Shown here piece by piece: positions 50,750-64,000 of a stretch of 64,000 nt of DNA. The DNA lies in the NCBI GenBank assembly GCA_000182565.2, contig KQ257456.1; one strand, written 5' to 3'. A model generated the notes under the pieces. The model did not search any database. It was not told the origin of the DNA and saw only the letters and a list, made by a program, of their open reading frames with translations. This DNA is from Spizellomyces punctatus DAOM BR117. Taxonomy: Eukaryota. Position 1 is the first letter of the stretch; the number at the start of each line of letters is the position of its first letter. The position numbers and the translations under genes are program-made.

Positions 50750-51865
50750 ATGACTAATCGTTCGCCGAGATTAAAAAGTCATGAACCTCCGTTTTCCTCG
50801 ACTGTTTTCTACAAGCTGCTGTTATCAACTATGGTCATGGCGGTGCTAGATCCCAGTTCAGATCAGAACGGCGGGGATAATGTCATCTCATTCAGTGTCA
50901 CCCACAAAGGAACGGTAGTCCCGCTGACTTTCGCACTTTTGGCAACCATATCCGACGTCAAAGCCCATCTTGCGTCCCTTCCCTCAATCAATATACCACC
51001 ACATGCTCAAAAACTTTTATTCAAGGGGAAATCTAGTTATGCCGAAAATGCTACCCTTGCTTCAATAGGAGTCAAAACAAATGCCAAACTCCTCCTTATC
51101 GGATCATCAGCCGCCGAAATTCATGCAGTCCAGGAAGCTACGAAACGAAAACAGGAAGCACAAGCTCGGGCAGCATCCCAGCGACCAGTGAGACCTTCTC
51201 AACCAATTCGAAGTATCGGATCAGTCGATGACGCAAACTATACCTTCCATTCCATTCGTCCACTCCCCGGTTTCTCGGATGAGAAGCAAGCAACTCTTCT
51301 TCTCAAACGTCTCCGCGATGACGCCGGAATTCAGTCAATTATGCGGAATCACAAGTGGTCGGTGGGTGCTTTAGTCGAGCTACACCCATCGGAACGCACG
51401 ATATTGGGATACAATGAAAACAAGGGGCAACGAATCGCTCTCCGTCTCCGCACAGACGACCTGGACGGCTTTCGCTATTACGATTCTATTCGAAAGGTGC
51501 TATTACATGAGTTGGCTCATATGGTGCACTCGGACCACAATGCTGATTTCCATGCTCTGAATCGACAATTGAATCGGGAATGCGATGCCGTGACACGAGG
51601 GGGGCGCACACTGGGTGCCAAAGGCGAGTACTATAATTCTGGCGAAGAGGAGGCTGTGGATGCGCCTGCCTTTATGGGTGGAACATTTAGACTAGGGGGT
51701 GGAAGTCAAAGTCGGGATAACAAGAGTCAGAGGGAGATCTTGGCAGAAGCGGCCTTAAAGAGGTTGACTAGGGAAGAAGTGGAATTAGTAGAGGGTTGCG
51801 GTAGTGGAATACATGCAGACGATAGTGATGATGCGCACCAGGCTGCAAGTCAAAATGAACCATGA
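50750..51865 (+). CDS. Ubiquitin-like plus WLM (Wss1-like) metalloprotease; start may be a downstream Met (about 50831)
   Basis: N-terminal UBL (IPPHAQKLLFKG); ILGYNENKGQRIALRLRTD; zinc motif LLHELAHMVHSDH. Confidence 0.9.
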   Translation: MTNRSPRLKSHEPPFSSTVFYKLLLSTMVMAVLDPSSDQNGGDNVISFSVTHKGTVVPLTFALLATISDVKAHLASLPSINIPPHAQKLLFKGKSSYAENATLASIGVKTNAKLLLIGSSAAEIHAVQEATKRKQEAQARAASQRPVRPSQPIRSIGSVDDANYTFHSIRPLPGFSDEKQATLLLKRLRDDAGIQSIMRNHKWSVGALVELHPSERTILGYNENKGQRIALRLRTDDLDGFRYYDSIRKVLLHELAHMVHSDHNADFHALNRQLNRECDAVTRGGRTLGAKGEYYNSGEEEAVDAPAFMGGTFRLGGGSQSRDNKSQREILAEAALKRLTREEVELVEGCGSGIHADDSDDAHQAASQNEP

Positions 51866-52381
51866 TATTTAGGCGTGCTATAGTTAGTGTAGATACTTAA
51901 TTTCTTGGCTATTCAGCAATTTGCGGTTTCTGCCGTTGGACATCCTGTTACAGGCGTTTTTGGAATAGTAAATCACCTTTCATCTACTTTTTGACCTTCT
52001 TTTTCTGCATCGAAGTACCGGAGCATTATCACTCAGAGCAAGAACACATTCACTGGGGCAGGATGTAACCCTATTTTCAGGACCACTGTGGATGTATTTT
52101 CGTTGTCTAGCTCAATATCGTTGGGCACTTGCCCAAACATTCGGCCAAAATGACGCTTGGGAATTTGTTGCCAGCTATATCATCATTCCAGGCTTCTTTT
52201 GGAAAGGACAGCTCTTGTGGGCCAGTCCTTGAATCTCATAATCTGAAGAGATCTCCCCACAGCTAGAGGTGTGTCTTTAAGCAGCACAAGATAACCTGTT
52301 GACCACCATATCGGCTGATAGATATACTAATATAATTATAGTTTATGTAGATGTACAATCACTCATTTCCCTCTAACCCGC

Positions 52382-52846
52382 TTATCCCTTCACTGCTGTC
52401 CTTCTTCTTCCAGCTGGTTGGGCCACGCCGGCCTTTCCTCGGCAACCATGATCTACCGGCAGTCTATGTCCTATACACACTTGCTCTTCACAAGTAGAGC
52501 ACTTGAAGGGCACCACTTCCCGCTTTTTACATCCTTTCACTGCACACCGATTGGCCAATTTCCTTCGCTTTGCCTCAGCTTCTGGTGAAGGACATCCGGA
52601 TTCAATATGTCGATCGACAGCAGCGTTTGCTACTTGTGGATTCGAGGGCGATGCACCCGGGACTGGATGCAAACAGAGGGGACATACAACGGCCTTTGCG
52701 TCGCTCAAACCAGAGCAAGATGATATGTGATGAGAAAAGTCTCGGTGATCACGGCAATATGATTTGGTGCAAAGGCGACAAGTGAAGGGAAGATAATCCA
52801 ATTGGTCGCAGGTTGCGCAGTGTTTGCCAATGTGGTAGAGCTCCAT
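52382..52846 (-). CDS. AN1-type zinc finger protein (Cuz1/ZFAND2-AIRAP-like), intronless
   Basis: IGKHC..CDQLDYLPFTC..C...YC.DHR, CPLC..PV...VDRHIESGC, second AN1 finger C....C...C..C...VC..HR. Confidence 0.88.
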   Translation of the reverse strand: MELYHIGKHCATCDQLDYLPFTCRLCTKSYCRDHRDFSHHISSCSGLSDAKAVVCPLCLHPVPGASPSNPQVANAAVDRHIESGCPSPEAEAKRRKLANRCAVKGCKKREVVPFKCSTCEEQVCIGHRLPVDHGCRGKAGVAQPAGRRRTAVKG

Positions 52847-53314
52847 GGTTGTTGTAGAATGGTAGAGTAGGAAAAGATGATAAAGAGAGAGCAAGTGTTC
52901 CTTGTATCTGAATCCGACGGTTTTTTATTCACCGCATATTTGTTTGTAATTGGACTTTCAGCTGAGAAATCAACAACGCCCCCCTCCGCAGTTCAGCTTT
53001 TAGACGCGTAAGTGGGATGGAAGACAAAGGAAGGTTTCAAGTTATGCAGTCGAACAAAACTCATCTGCTGCGATGGGGCAGTGGACGGAAGGGCTGTTAT
53101 CCCTCCGCTTCCGGCTGTGGGGTTCAAAAAGTATAGACACGACGACTACGTGTGTGTGTTTCAATACGCGTCTAGCTCAAAAATAGTCTTGGCACACAAA
53201 AAGAGAGTGAGTAACCTTGAAAGGGTGCATGACCTGTCTAAGTCCGTAAAGAAGCATAAAAGAAGGAGGAACGAATCCATTTCCCTCCACAACCACTGAA
53301 CATTACAAGCAATC

Positions 53315-54445
53315 ATGAGTACTCAAGTATACGCCAAAGTCTCTTTTGAAGGCCGACTCCGTCAGTTTTCCATCAATCGTGTTGCGGCAGGATATGACTG
53401 GAAATCCTTTGAGGATGAGGTATGTTTTGGTGTTTTCCGGGCACAGTTGAATTATGTCATTAATGTTGCATCTTAGATTCGTCGTCTCCATGAGATCCCG
53501 CCTACAACCCGGATCGTTGTCACATACAAGGATCAAGATAACGACACCATTTCTTTGAACACAGACGCAGAGTTGAGGGATGCCGCCTTCGAGGCAAGGC
53601 AGGGCAAGAGTGCTGGTGATCGCGTAGTTATCCGCTTTGACGTGCGCGACCGCGATGCCGACCCGGCTGGATTTGTTGTCGTGAATGAGCAAGAGCAGAG
53701 TGCTCTGCCTGAGCCGGCCCAGCCATCAGTCCAGCAGAGTGCCCAGAATGAGCCGGTTTATCCGTCGGTCCCAATTGTTGCGGAAAGCCCATCGGTCGAC
53801 GATGGGCAGAAAGTTGCTGCAGAGCATCCGGTTGACACCAGCGTTGACAAGGGTAAAGCACCGGCTTCTGCCACGGCTACATCTGCATCGTCTTCGAATC
53901 CATCCGTGAAGGACGGTGAGCCTCGCCCGGAATCGACTTCTTCGCCCGAAAACAACGGATCGTCTTCGTCCTCTTCAAATAACCAAGACAATGAGGCCCC
54001 GCAGAATCCTTTTGAAGCCTTTACCGAAAACATCAAGCCGCTGCTCGACCAAATTCAAGCCAACATTGATGCTCATCCCGAATTTGTCCAATCCATGAGT
54101 AACCTCATTTCCCAGATTGGTGTGCAAGCCCAGGCGCACATCGATCCTATCCTTCGCAACGTCCACGAGCAAGTCCGTCAAGGCATGCATGGACGCTGCC
54201 CTCATCGTCAAACTCCTTTCGGCTTTGGTTTTCCCTTTGGATCTCGATTTCCTCCTTCGCAGGAGGGTGGATTTCCATTTTCTGCAGCCCCATCAGCACC
54301 CAGAACGCCTACTGCAGATGAGCTGAAGAGCAAAGTCGAGATTTTGAACGGCATGGGATTCTGGAACAATAGTCGAATTGAAGAGCTGCTTAAAAGATAT
54401 GACGGGAATGTGGAAAGGGTTGTGGAGGTGTTGCTCAGGGAGTGA
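53315..54445 (+). CDS. PB1-UBA protein (p62/NBR1-like adaptor architecture), 2 exons, intron 53420-53478
   Basis: PB1 with basic K (YAKVSF) and acidic OPCA motif YKDQDNDTISLNTDAEL; C-terminal UBA LNGMGFWN...LLKRYDGNVERVVEVLL. Confidence 0.8.
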
Positions 54446-54796
54446 TGGTTGGCTTGGGTTAGTTCAGATTATATAGTTCTTTTATGTCATGTATCATTGT
54501 CATGTTATGTTTTCCTTGTGGAGTATTCAGTTATGCTACGTTTCATTGTTTGCAATAAATAACTACATTGAGTCGTATCAACTTTAATGAGCGCGGACAA
54601 ACCCCTTGGCAGGCAATGATGGTCGTGACAAAGCCGCGGGCAAGTCCACTCGATCACGCACGTGAGACAGAGCAGTCTCGTCAGGATCTCGCGCATGTTG
54701 AAGCTCATCGTCACCATTGTTCGGGCTTTTTCGACCACCAAAGTATTCCGAATACGATTGATGTGTACTCTATCACGCTCATAGAGGGTCCTTGTG

Positions 54797-57700
54797 ATGA
54801 ACATCTCGGAGCTGCTCACCTCCGATGCGGGCCCAGCCGACTCGAGTCAGCACCACCACTTCATTTCCAACCCGCACCATAGAGACATCCCGACAGAGAT
54901 CCTGCAGAGTAACTTAGATACTTCTCATACATCTGTCGCGAATGGTGCACGGCAAGAGCAATCCAATTTGGATGACGTTTTGGTAACCCAAGAATCTCGA
55001 CCTTTGAATAATGGTGCTGCTGGGCGGAGATCCTTAAGGGCCAAGTCGGATTCCCCACCGGCTCCCTCTCCGCAAACTGTACGTCCGCTGTCTCCAAAAT
55101 ATGGCTTTCAGATACGGTTTACTATTGCCGACGAAGACACTGGGGGAAACAACTCAACGTTGCCAGATACTAGCCATGCCGAACCTGAAATTCCTGGCTC
55201 CATCCACAAAGGAGAAGTTCACCTTGAACACCGTCAGCCTCCTGCTGCTGCATCCAATCGCGGCAAGTTCCCACATCAGATCCGCAGTGCTTCTCCAAAA
55301 CGCAGGAAATCCACCGATACAAGTCCTATTAAGGTGGAAATGTGTGCGAATTCCGAACTACCCGAGGACGATGTGGATTTGGTGAGCGGTGCCACACAAG
55401 AGGCGGTTAGAGACGGCACAACAACTTTGCGGCGAAATTCAAAGACAATACGACCAAGAAAGAGTGTGAGTTGGGCGTAAAACGTGTTGGACGGTGTTAG
55501 AAATATCTTTTGCTCACATGCAAATGTGCCACTAGATGCACGGGGATGCCTTCAACAAGACCTGCTATTGTGGAGGAAAGACTCGGGAAGAGTACGTTAC
55601 CTACACCCTACGCGAATATACATAGTTTTTTTGAAATATGCGGAATGACATTGCCCTTTGTCATTGTAGAAAGGAAAGACCAATGTTTCAGTGCGGCAAT
55701 TGTGGAAAGTACTTTCACCAGTGTAAGTGATTGTCTAGATATAGTATCAGCGCTATGCGGATGTCCTTGTGCACTGATTCCTTGATACAGCCTGTATCCA
55801 GCTGATTCAACAGTGGAAGCCTGAATTCAAGCCGCTTCTCGGGGATGACTTTTACTTTTACCGCTGTAAGCGATGTTCACATGGGCGAGAAACAATGAAA
55901 CGACTACCGATGACTTGGTATGATATTGGAGTATTTCCATTTTCCAGTTCGTGCGCCTCCTGACTTGCCCTTTTCACAGGGTGGATGTCATTCATGTCAC
56001 TCTATTCCATCTTTCTGCAACCGAACCCCCACGGAAAGTCTCACAGGACAAGCTCAAATATTATGGGTGGAAGACAGATATCTGCGCATTCATTGATAGG
56101 AATTGGAGCAAATTTTGGCTCAAGAGCCGAACAGCGACTTGGGAGAATACGGTCGCTAGTTGCTTGTCGACACAGAAGAGGTTCCTGCCAGGAACCAAAC
56201 ATTTTGGTCATGACCAAGGTTAGTCCCCTTTTCTGGTGTGCGCAAGTTGGTGTTCCGTTTTCTCAATATTCGTGAACAGGACTGTGGGCCTTAGAGTCGA
56301 TGGCGCTACCATCTTCCTATGAGCACTCAAAACGCGGGAGGGAGGCAGAGTACGACATCGGGTTGGATGGGGCATTACAGGAACACGAACGGGTGAAACC
56401 CAAACGGAAGCGATTAGATCTTGAATCGGACACCGACTCTGTAGTTAGCGGCACCACAGTAAGCTTTTGAATGGCAGATTAGGAAGGTTTAGTACCGTGC
56501 TGACAGGGATGCAATGAACTTGACAGAAAGTGAAAAAGTCACGAAATACGGGACGAAGTGTATCTGTGGGAACTCAGGACGGTGCCAACAGGCCACGGCA
56601 GAAGAGGCGGCCCAAAAAGAAGAGAATGGAAGAAGAGTACATTGATCCAGCTACTGCGATTGGTTAGTCCATTGCGCTATCCTGTCGCATCGACCTGTTG
56701 CCTAATTTCTCGCAGAGCTGTATCCCGATGTCGACAACCCACGAGCTCCAGTACAAATGAGCAATGATACGACACATAGAGCCCCACAGATGACAGTAAC
56801 TGATGGAGGATATACTGTCTACACGGATAAAGGTTATCGGATGGCTAAGGCTACTCATGGTGTATGGGAAGGTAGCTGGTACTACGAAGTACTGATTAAC
56901 GAACACCAAGGACATACCAGGTAGGATCTAACGCATAATCATGGAATATGATGGTGAACGATGAGAGTATTGACCTGTGTACGCATGTACCAGAATTGGC
57001 TGGTCCCAGATCAGTGGCGATCTCCAGGCACCATGTGGATATGATCGATTCAGTTATGCGTATCGAGATAATCCTGGAACGCTGTTCCACGTTGCAAAGG
57101 CTATAGCAGATGCACCTGAAGGGTACGCCGCTGGTTACGGTAAGTACTCGGCAAGACTGAATTCGTAGCAGCACATTACCAATTGTTTTACATGTCGCAG
57201 GCCCGGGCGACGTCATTGGCATGTCGATACATCTTCCTCCGTGTGAATCAATGGATGATTTACTTCGAAGGCTTTGGACTCGCGAAAGTCAATACCTACC
57301 ATTCCGAAGCAAGCCTTTGACGGTAGCGGAAGGAAGCGAGATTATCTATTACAAAAACGGGGAGTGTCTTGGCGTTGCCTTTCGGGATCTGTATCGTGGT
57401 AAGTAATGGGTGCACCGTCATGGTGCTGCAAGCTGTATTCTTAACCCATTGGATATGCAGGGAAGTACCATCCTGCTATATCATCGTACAAGGGCGGAAG
57501 TGTTACGTTGAACTTTGGCCCAAACTTTCGATACCCACCACCTCCCGGAGTGAGACCGTTCTGTGAAGCTGATAGCCTACCATTATGGGATACTAGCCAA
57601 GCAGAATTAGATGAAGAGGGACGCGGCGACAGTATTGAACTTGACGTCAAGGGCGAGATGGAGATTGATACTCCAGGCAATCTTTCTAGTTTGGACGGCG

Positions 57701-58476
57701 AGGGGGAGGAAGATGAGGGGCCATTTGCTCCAAATTCTTACGAAGTTGGTGAAGTGGAAAGGAAGGTATTTATTCCGGATTCAAATGGGAATGGGGATGG
57801 ACGCATTGTTACTATGGATGCGGACGAAGTGTCGGGGATCGAAGCCTTGCTAAGTCTTGGGGGAATGTTTGGCGGGACATCCGGAGATTCACCAAAGACT
57901 GCAAATGGATATGATAACTTATCTTCGACGCGAGGAAATGAGGACATGCAACACAGGAGAATGGCAGAGAGCGAAGCCAGGCAACATGATGCGCTGTCCG
58001 TTGATATTGAAGCCAAAGAAGCGGAGGTGGTTGAGTTAATACGACGGAGTTCTGGTGTAGAGGCATCGACTATACCCCCCATTTCTCCATCTTGCAATGG
58101 CAGTGGAGGTGTTGCAATGGAAATTGAAGCAAAGGAAGCAGAGGTAAAGGAAATGATTCGGAGGAGCTCTTTGGGAGAGAATACTATCCAGGCAAAGAAT
58201 GAAGGCTTTGATCCGATGGATGTCAACGTTCAGGACGTTGGCGTGTCCGAATCTATTTCACGCCTGAAGGAGAAAGAGATGGATGGACACGGATCGACCA
58301 GTTTGGTAGTAGAATCAGGGCCTGGCACCCATTCAAACCCTTTGCACGTGGAAGATCCACCAGCGGCCTCCCCTCCGGCACTGGTGACAAAAGCGGATGA
58401 TGACGAGCCTGTAAATAGTAATGATGGCGGGAATGTACATATGAACATTGGAAATGATGAGAATGTGAAAGAATGA
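54797..58476 (+). CDS. ASH2: COMPASS/Set1C subunit Ash2 (PHD-like finger, winged helix, SPRY), multi-exon
   Basis: CYCGG...QCGNC..YFH..C, W.D...V.L, GYRMAKATHGVWEGSWYYEV, RIGWSQISGDLQAPCGYDRFSY, YKNG..LG.AF, NFGPNF. Confidence 0.9.
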
Positions 58477-58616
58477 ATGCTGGCATTGCACGGAGAAGTA
58501 ACTATCAAACGGAGGAATGTTTTCTTTTGAATGGGCAGTGGTCAACCCCTGTGAATTGCGCGCGAACGTTGAGAATGGATACTGCTATGGTTTACAGAGA
58601 TCTGCTTTTTAATACA

Positions 58617-58672
58617 AACGTACTGCAAGGAACGTACTGCAAGGAACGTACTGCAAAAAACCTACTGCAATA
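58617..58672 (+). repeat. Tandem repeat of four 14-bp units (AACGTACTGCAAGG consensus)
   Basis: aacgtactgcaagg x2, aacgtactgcaaaa, aacctactgcaata. Confidence 0.9.
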
Positions 58673-59515
58673 ATGCATAATGCATGGCGTTGGGCACTGT
58701 ATGGCTCTGGTCAATTCCTCCATAGCGTCCACGTGGTCTTGCACAGCCACCATCTGCATTATCGCATGTTGCTAAAAATAGTAAATGCAATATTCCCATA
58801 TGCAGCAAGTAACCATCCAACGATCAAATGTCATTCCGGTTCTTTTCGAATTGTATTACCATTTCCCCATCTGGAGGTGCGTGGGAAAAAGGGGGCAAAG
58901 GGCGAGGAGGTCCCAAAACGACAAGGCTGGGAAAGGAAGGGAGGCGAGAGGCGAGTTTCGACGACGGCCAACGCTTGTTTTTTTCCCTTCAACCAACTTG
59001 GGTTTTTTTGACATTTAGTTTTGAGCCAACTTTTATATTCGACCCTGGCCAAAGGGGAAGGACGGAGAAGGATTAGGCGTTGTATATAGTGCTGTGTTTG
59101 TTGCTCTTGGAGGTTTCAAACGAACCGTGTGACAAAAGCGACAAAGGCATCGTGTCATTCAGGACGAAGGACTAGAGAGATTGTTTAGCAGAGTGCCTTG
59201 GCTATTAACTGCACGAGTAGCCTCGTAGTTTACTTGGTGAGTCCAAGGGCTCCGAAATTGAATTTGTCGTGCGCAAGAGGGTGGCAGACATGGAAGTCTC
59301 ATCGCTTTCACTTGACTCTGAACAGAGGGACACGTCACGAAACTCTAGTGTTTACTTTGTATATCGCCTGCAATTGATTTGAGCGGGTTTAACCCGGTCC
59401 GTCGAAGTTGAATCGCCTTGAAACGTTAACACCAGTCGACGTAGACTAAGGACGACCGTTACTACTTTTCCGTGCCGTATGCGGTTGTCCGCTCCTAGAC
59501 CAAAACTATTCAACG

Positions 59516-61860
<2,345 letters not shown>

Positions 61861-62581
61861 GTTCAGTACCAAATAGGTGACCGCATGTACATCATTCCAC
61901 ATGCTGTCATCGATACATGTGTCTTTGTTAAGGGATATTTAGTGCCAGTTTACTGCAGTCAGCACTGGTTCTCTAGTCACTTGGACAGAAGCCCAAAGAA
62001 GGGTGTGATTTCTGCTGCGACAGTACATAGTATGTGTTAGTAGTTGCTAGGGTATATGTAGCTTTTGGATTGGTAGCAGCTTTCTTGTTTCTTCTTTTTT
62101 AATACTTGAAAATATCATTCTCGTTACCGCATTACAATTATACAATGCATTCGGATGGCAACAGCGATTGCCTTGGCTCGCCCCATGTTGCCAACGTTGA
62201 AAACCTCTGCATTCTAGCGCAAATGTCGGAAGCGAAGTGTAGGCCCTGATTTTCTATGGAACCAATGCAACCCCTTCCAATCGGTTGTTTGGTGGCGGAT
62301 TGTGTTTTGATCTGTTGACATATGAACCGTCTTCAACTTTTGATTCTAATGCGAATTTCCAAGTTCATATCTAGCATCTACAGCATCCTTTTTGGATATT
62401 CATTTCGTTCAAATGCATCCTTTTTGTCCTTTACCATTTTCAACCTGTAGAGTACGTAGTGTAGAGGTGACAGAAACTGGCACTAGCTACTACACCAGGG
62501 AATAAACCGGCGACAACCGGTTCGGAAAAGCTAACTAAGCTACTACTAGGCAATTATACACGCAATACGTAACGGTTGGTT

Positions 62582-62926
62582 CTAACCGGATAATTGCCCA
62601 CCACCACACGCGGTCCCTACTAGGCCTTGATCTGGAACTCTTGATGGCATTGAAGCCAGACTCTTGCATCCAGGAGCGAATCGACTGGGCAGCGTCACAA
62701 GCCAGAGGATGTTCAGTGACAAGGCTTGGAGACTAGAGAAAATGCATGTCAGAAGATGACCCGATGACAAGAAATAAAATGATGCAATCAGTACATACCA
62801 ACCAAGCTCAACCAATGTGGCAGCATAATAGTAGGTTTTGTTATCGGATCCGATTGGTTGCCGCTGGTTCTGATCACGGTTGCTGTCGGGCGGTCGAGGT
62901 CCTCGGCACCAGAGCAGTATTCTCAT
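62582..62926 (-). CDS. Possible small spliced gene of unknown product
   Basis: TATAAA at 63009-63014 (minus strand), ATG at 62926, strong 66-nt intron 62733-62798 (GTATGT...CTGAC...TAG); no recognisable protein. Confidence 0.3.
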   Translation of the reverse strand: MRILLWCRGPRPPDSNRDQNQRQPIGSDNKTYYYAATLVELGWYVLIASFYFLSSGHLLTCIFSSLQALSLNILWLVTLPSRFAPGCKSLASMPSRVPDQGLVGTACGGGQLSG

Positions 62927-63499
62927 GATTGGACTGAGACTTGTTGGGTGGATGCTTTGAGTCGAGGATGGGTAAAGAGGAAAGAGGGAAGAGGGAGCAG
63001 GTCCCCCGTTTATAGACCTTTGGCATGCGCCTCACCGCAGTTTAAAAAAAAAGCTACATTAGCATGCCACACCGCAGTTTGGAGAACATTAGCATCCATG
63101 CCTCCTCACCGCTTTGAGCAATGATGGGGGTTCTGATTATGCGATATGATTAACCGGATTAATCCGGATAATAATGGGTCCTAGTGCCATTTTCAATCAC
63201 CTCCACACTATGATATTTTTGAATCCAAAAGGGCAGGAACGAATCAGGGCTTCTCCTCGAGCGGTAAGTGCTTAGTCACTGCTTACGTAACACACGACGC
63301 AACTTGTGACACTTTCATTTGAGGATTCTACAAAGCAAAATTCCCACGCTCCGGTTGACGGTCAGCGTTTTTCAAGAGCATTTTAAACATTTCTTTTTCA
63401 CGGTGGACGTTTTCGTCTGTTTTGGAGAGGGTTACAAACCCACTTGGCTCTTGGGAACTTACCTAGGCAGCATTGGTTGCGGCCGTTGCTTCCGTCAGG

Positions 63500-64000
63500 A
63501 TGCCCTTTTGGAGTAGGAACAAGAAGAGGAGAGCGAGGACGCCTCCTCCTAACCTGCAAACGCCGCCTGGACAGCACCACTCTCCTTCCGCACTGTCCTT
63601 CTTTGGCTTTAGAAAGCGGAGTCCTTCGCCGTTTACCGCACTCCGTTCTCGTGATTCTCCCTCGTCTCCAGAGTCTGGTGGACATGGAGGCAGTGCCAGA
63701 GATCTACCCTACCACCCACACCACTACAGCGAGGGATTCCTTTCTCCACCAGACCGGCGCTTTAACTTTGAATTAGAATATGATAGAGCGGCCGCCGAAG
63801 CTGCTTCTGACAAGCGTGCTCCTCGGGTACCCTCAAAGGCCCATGAGAGCGTGTCAAACAAGCCGGCAACGACACCGGTCGTCGTTGTCACGTCAACAGG
63901 ACCGTCGTGCGTAATACAGTGCGATCGTCACAAGACTGTGCAGTGGGCGTTAGAGAAGGCTAGTACATTGCTTCCAAAGGACCACTCGGAGTTGGTGGAG
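63500..64000 (+). CDS. 5' part of a hypothetical protein running off the window end
   Basis: Open frame of 167 codons from ATG at 63500 (MPFWSRNKKRRARTPPP...) with no stop before 64000. Confidence 0.6.
   Translation, partial: MPFWSRNKKRRARTPPPNLQTPPGQHHSPSALSFFGFRKRSPSPFTALRSRDSPSSPESGGHGGSARDLPYHPHHYSEGFLSPPDRRFNFELEYDRAAAEAASDKRAPRVPSKAHESVSNKPATTPVVVVTSTGPSCVIQCDRHKTVQWALEKASTLLPKDHSELVE

Noticed and set aside
51900..52340. Possible gene remnant between the WLM and AN1 genes
   Set aside because: Only short frames without recognisable motifs
58617..58672. CRISPR-like array
   Set aside because: 14-bp units without spacers, eukaryotic context, no cas genes

Overview
Gene-dense eukaryotic genomic DNA. 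Short (about 40-100 nt) GT-AG introns with CTRAY-like branch points, fungal-type genes (nrc-2/FPK-type kinase, LSB6-type PI4K, class III chitinase) and several genes shared with animals point to an early-diverging, probably chytrid, fungus (inference). About 28 protein-coding loci were reconstructed by hand, plus two assembly gaps. No rRNA, tRNA, CRISPR or transposon was recognised. The first 14 kb is an accessory block: alpha/beta hydrolase, 7TM protein, stand-alone ACT protein, CBM2-GH18 chitinase, S8 protease, methyltransferase and a frameshifted SMP-like gene. Highlights: (1) an intact 9-intron phosphoenolpyruvate carboxylase, an enzyme generally described as absent from fungi; (2) a membrane-bound two-domain nucleotide cyclase with catalytic halves in inverted order relative to animal tmACs; (3) three adjacent ubiquitin/proteostasis genes (UBL-WLM, AN1 finger, p62-like PB1-UBA); (4) a Trf4-like nucleotidyltransferase with a possible mitochondrial presequence. 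All family calls come from motif recognition by eye, no searches were run, and the exon boundaries are predictions.
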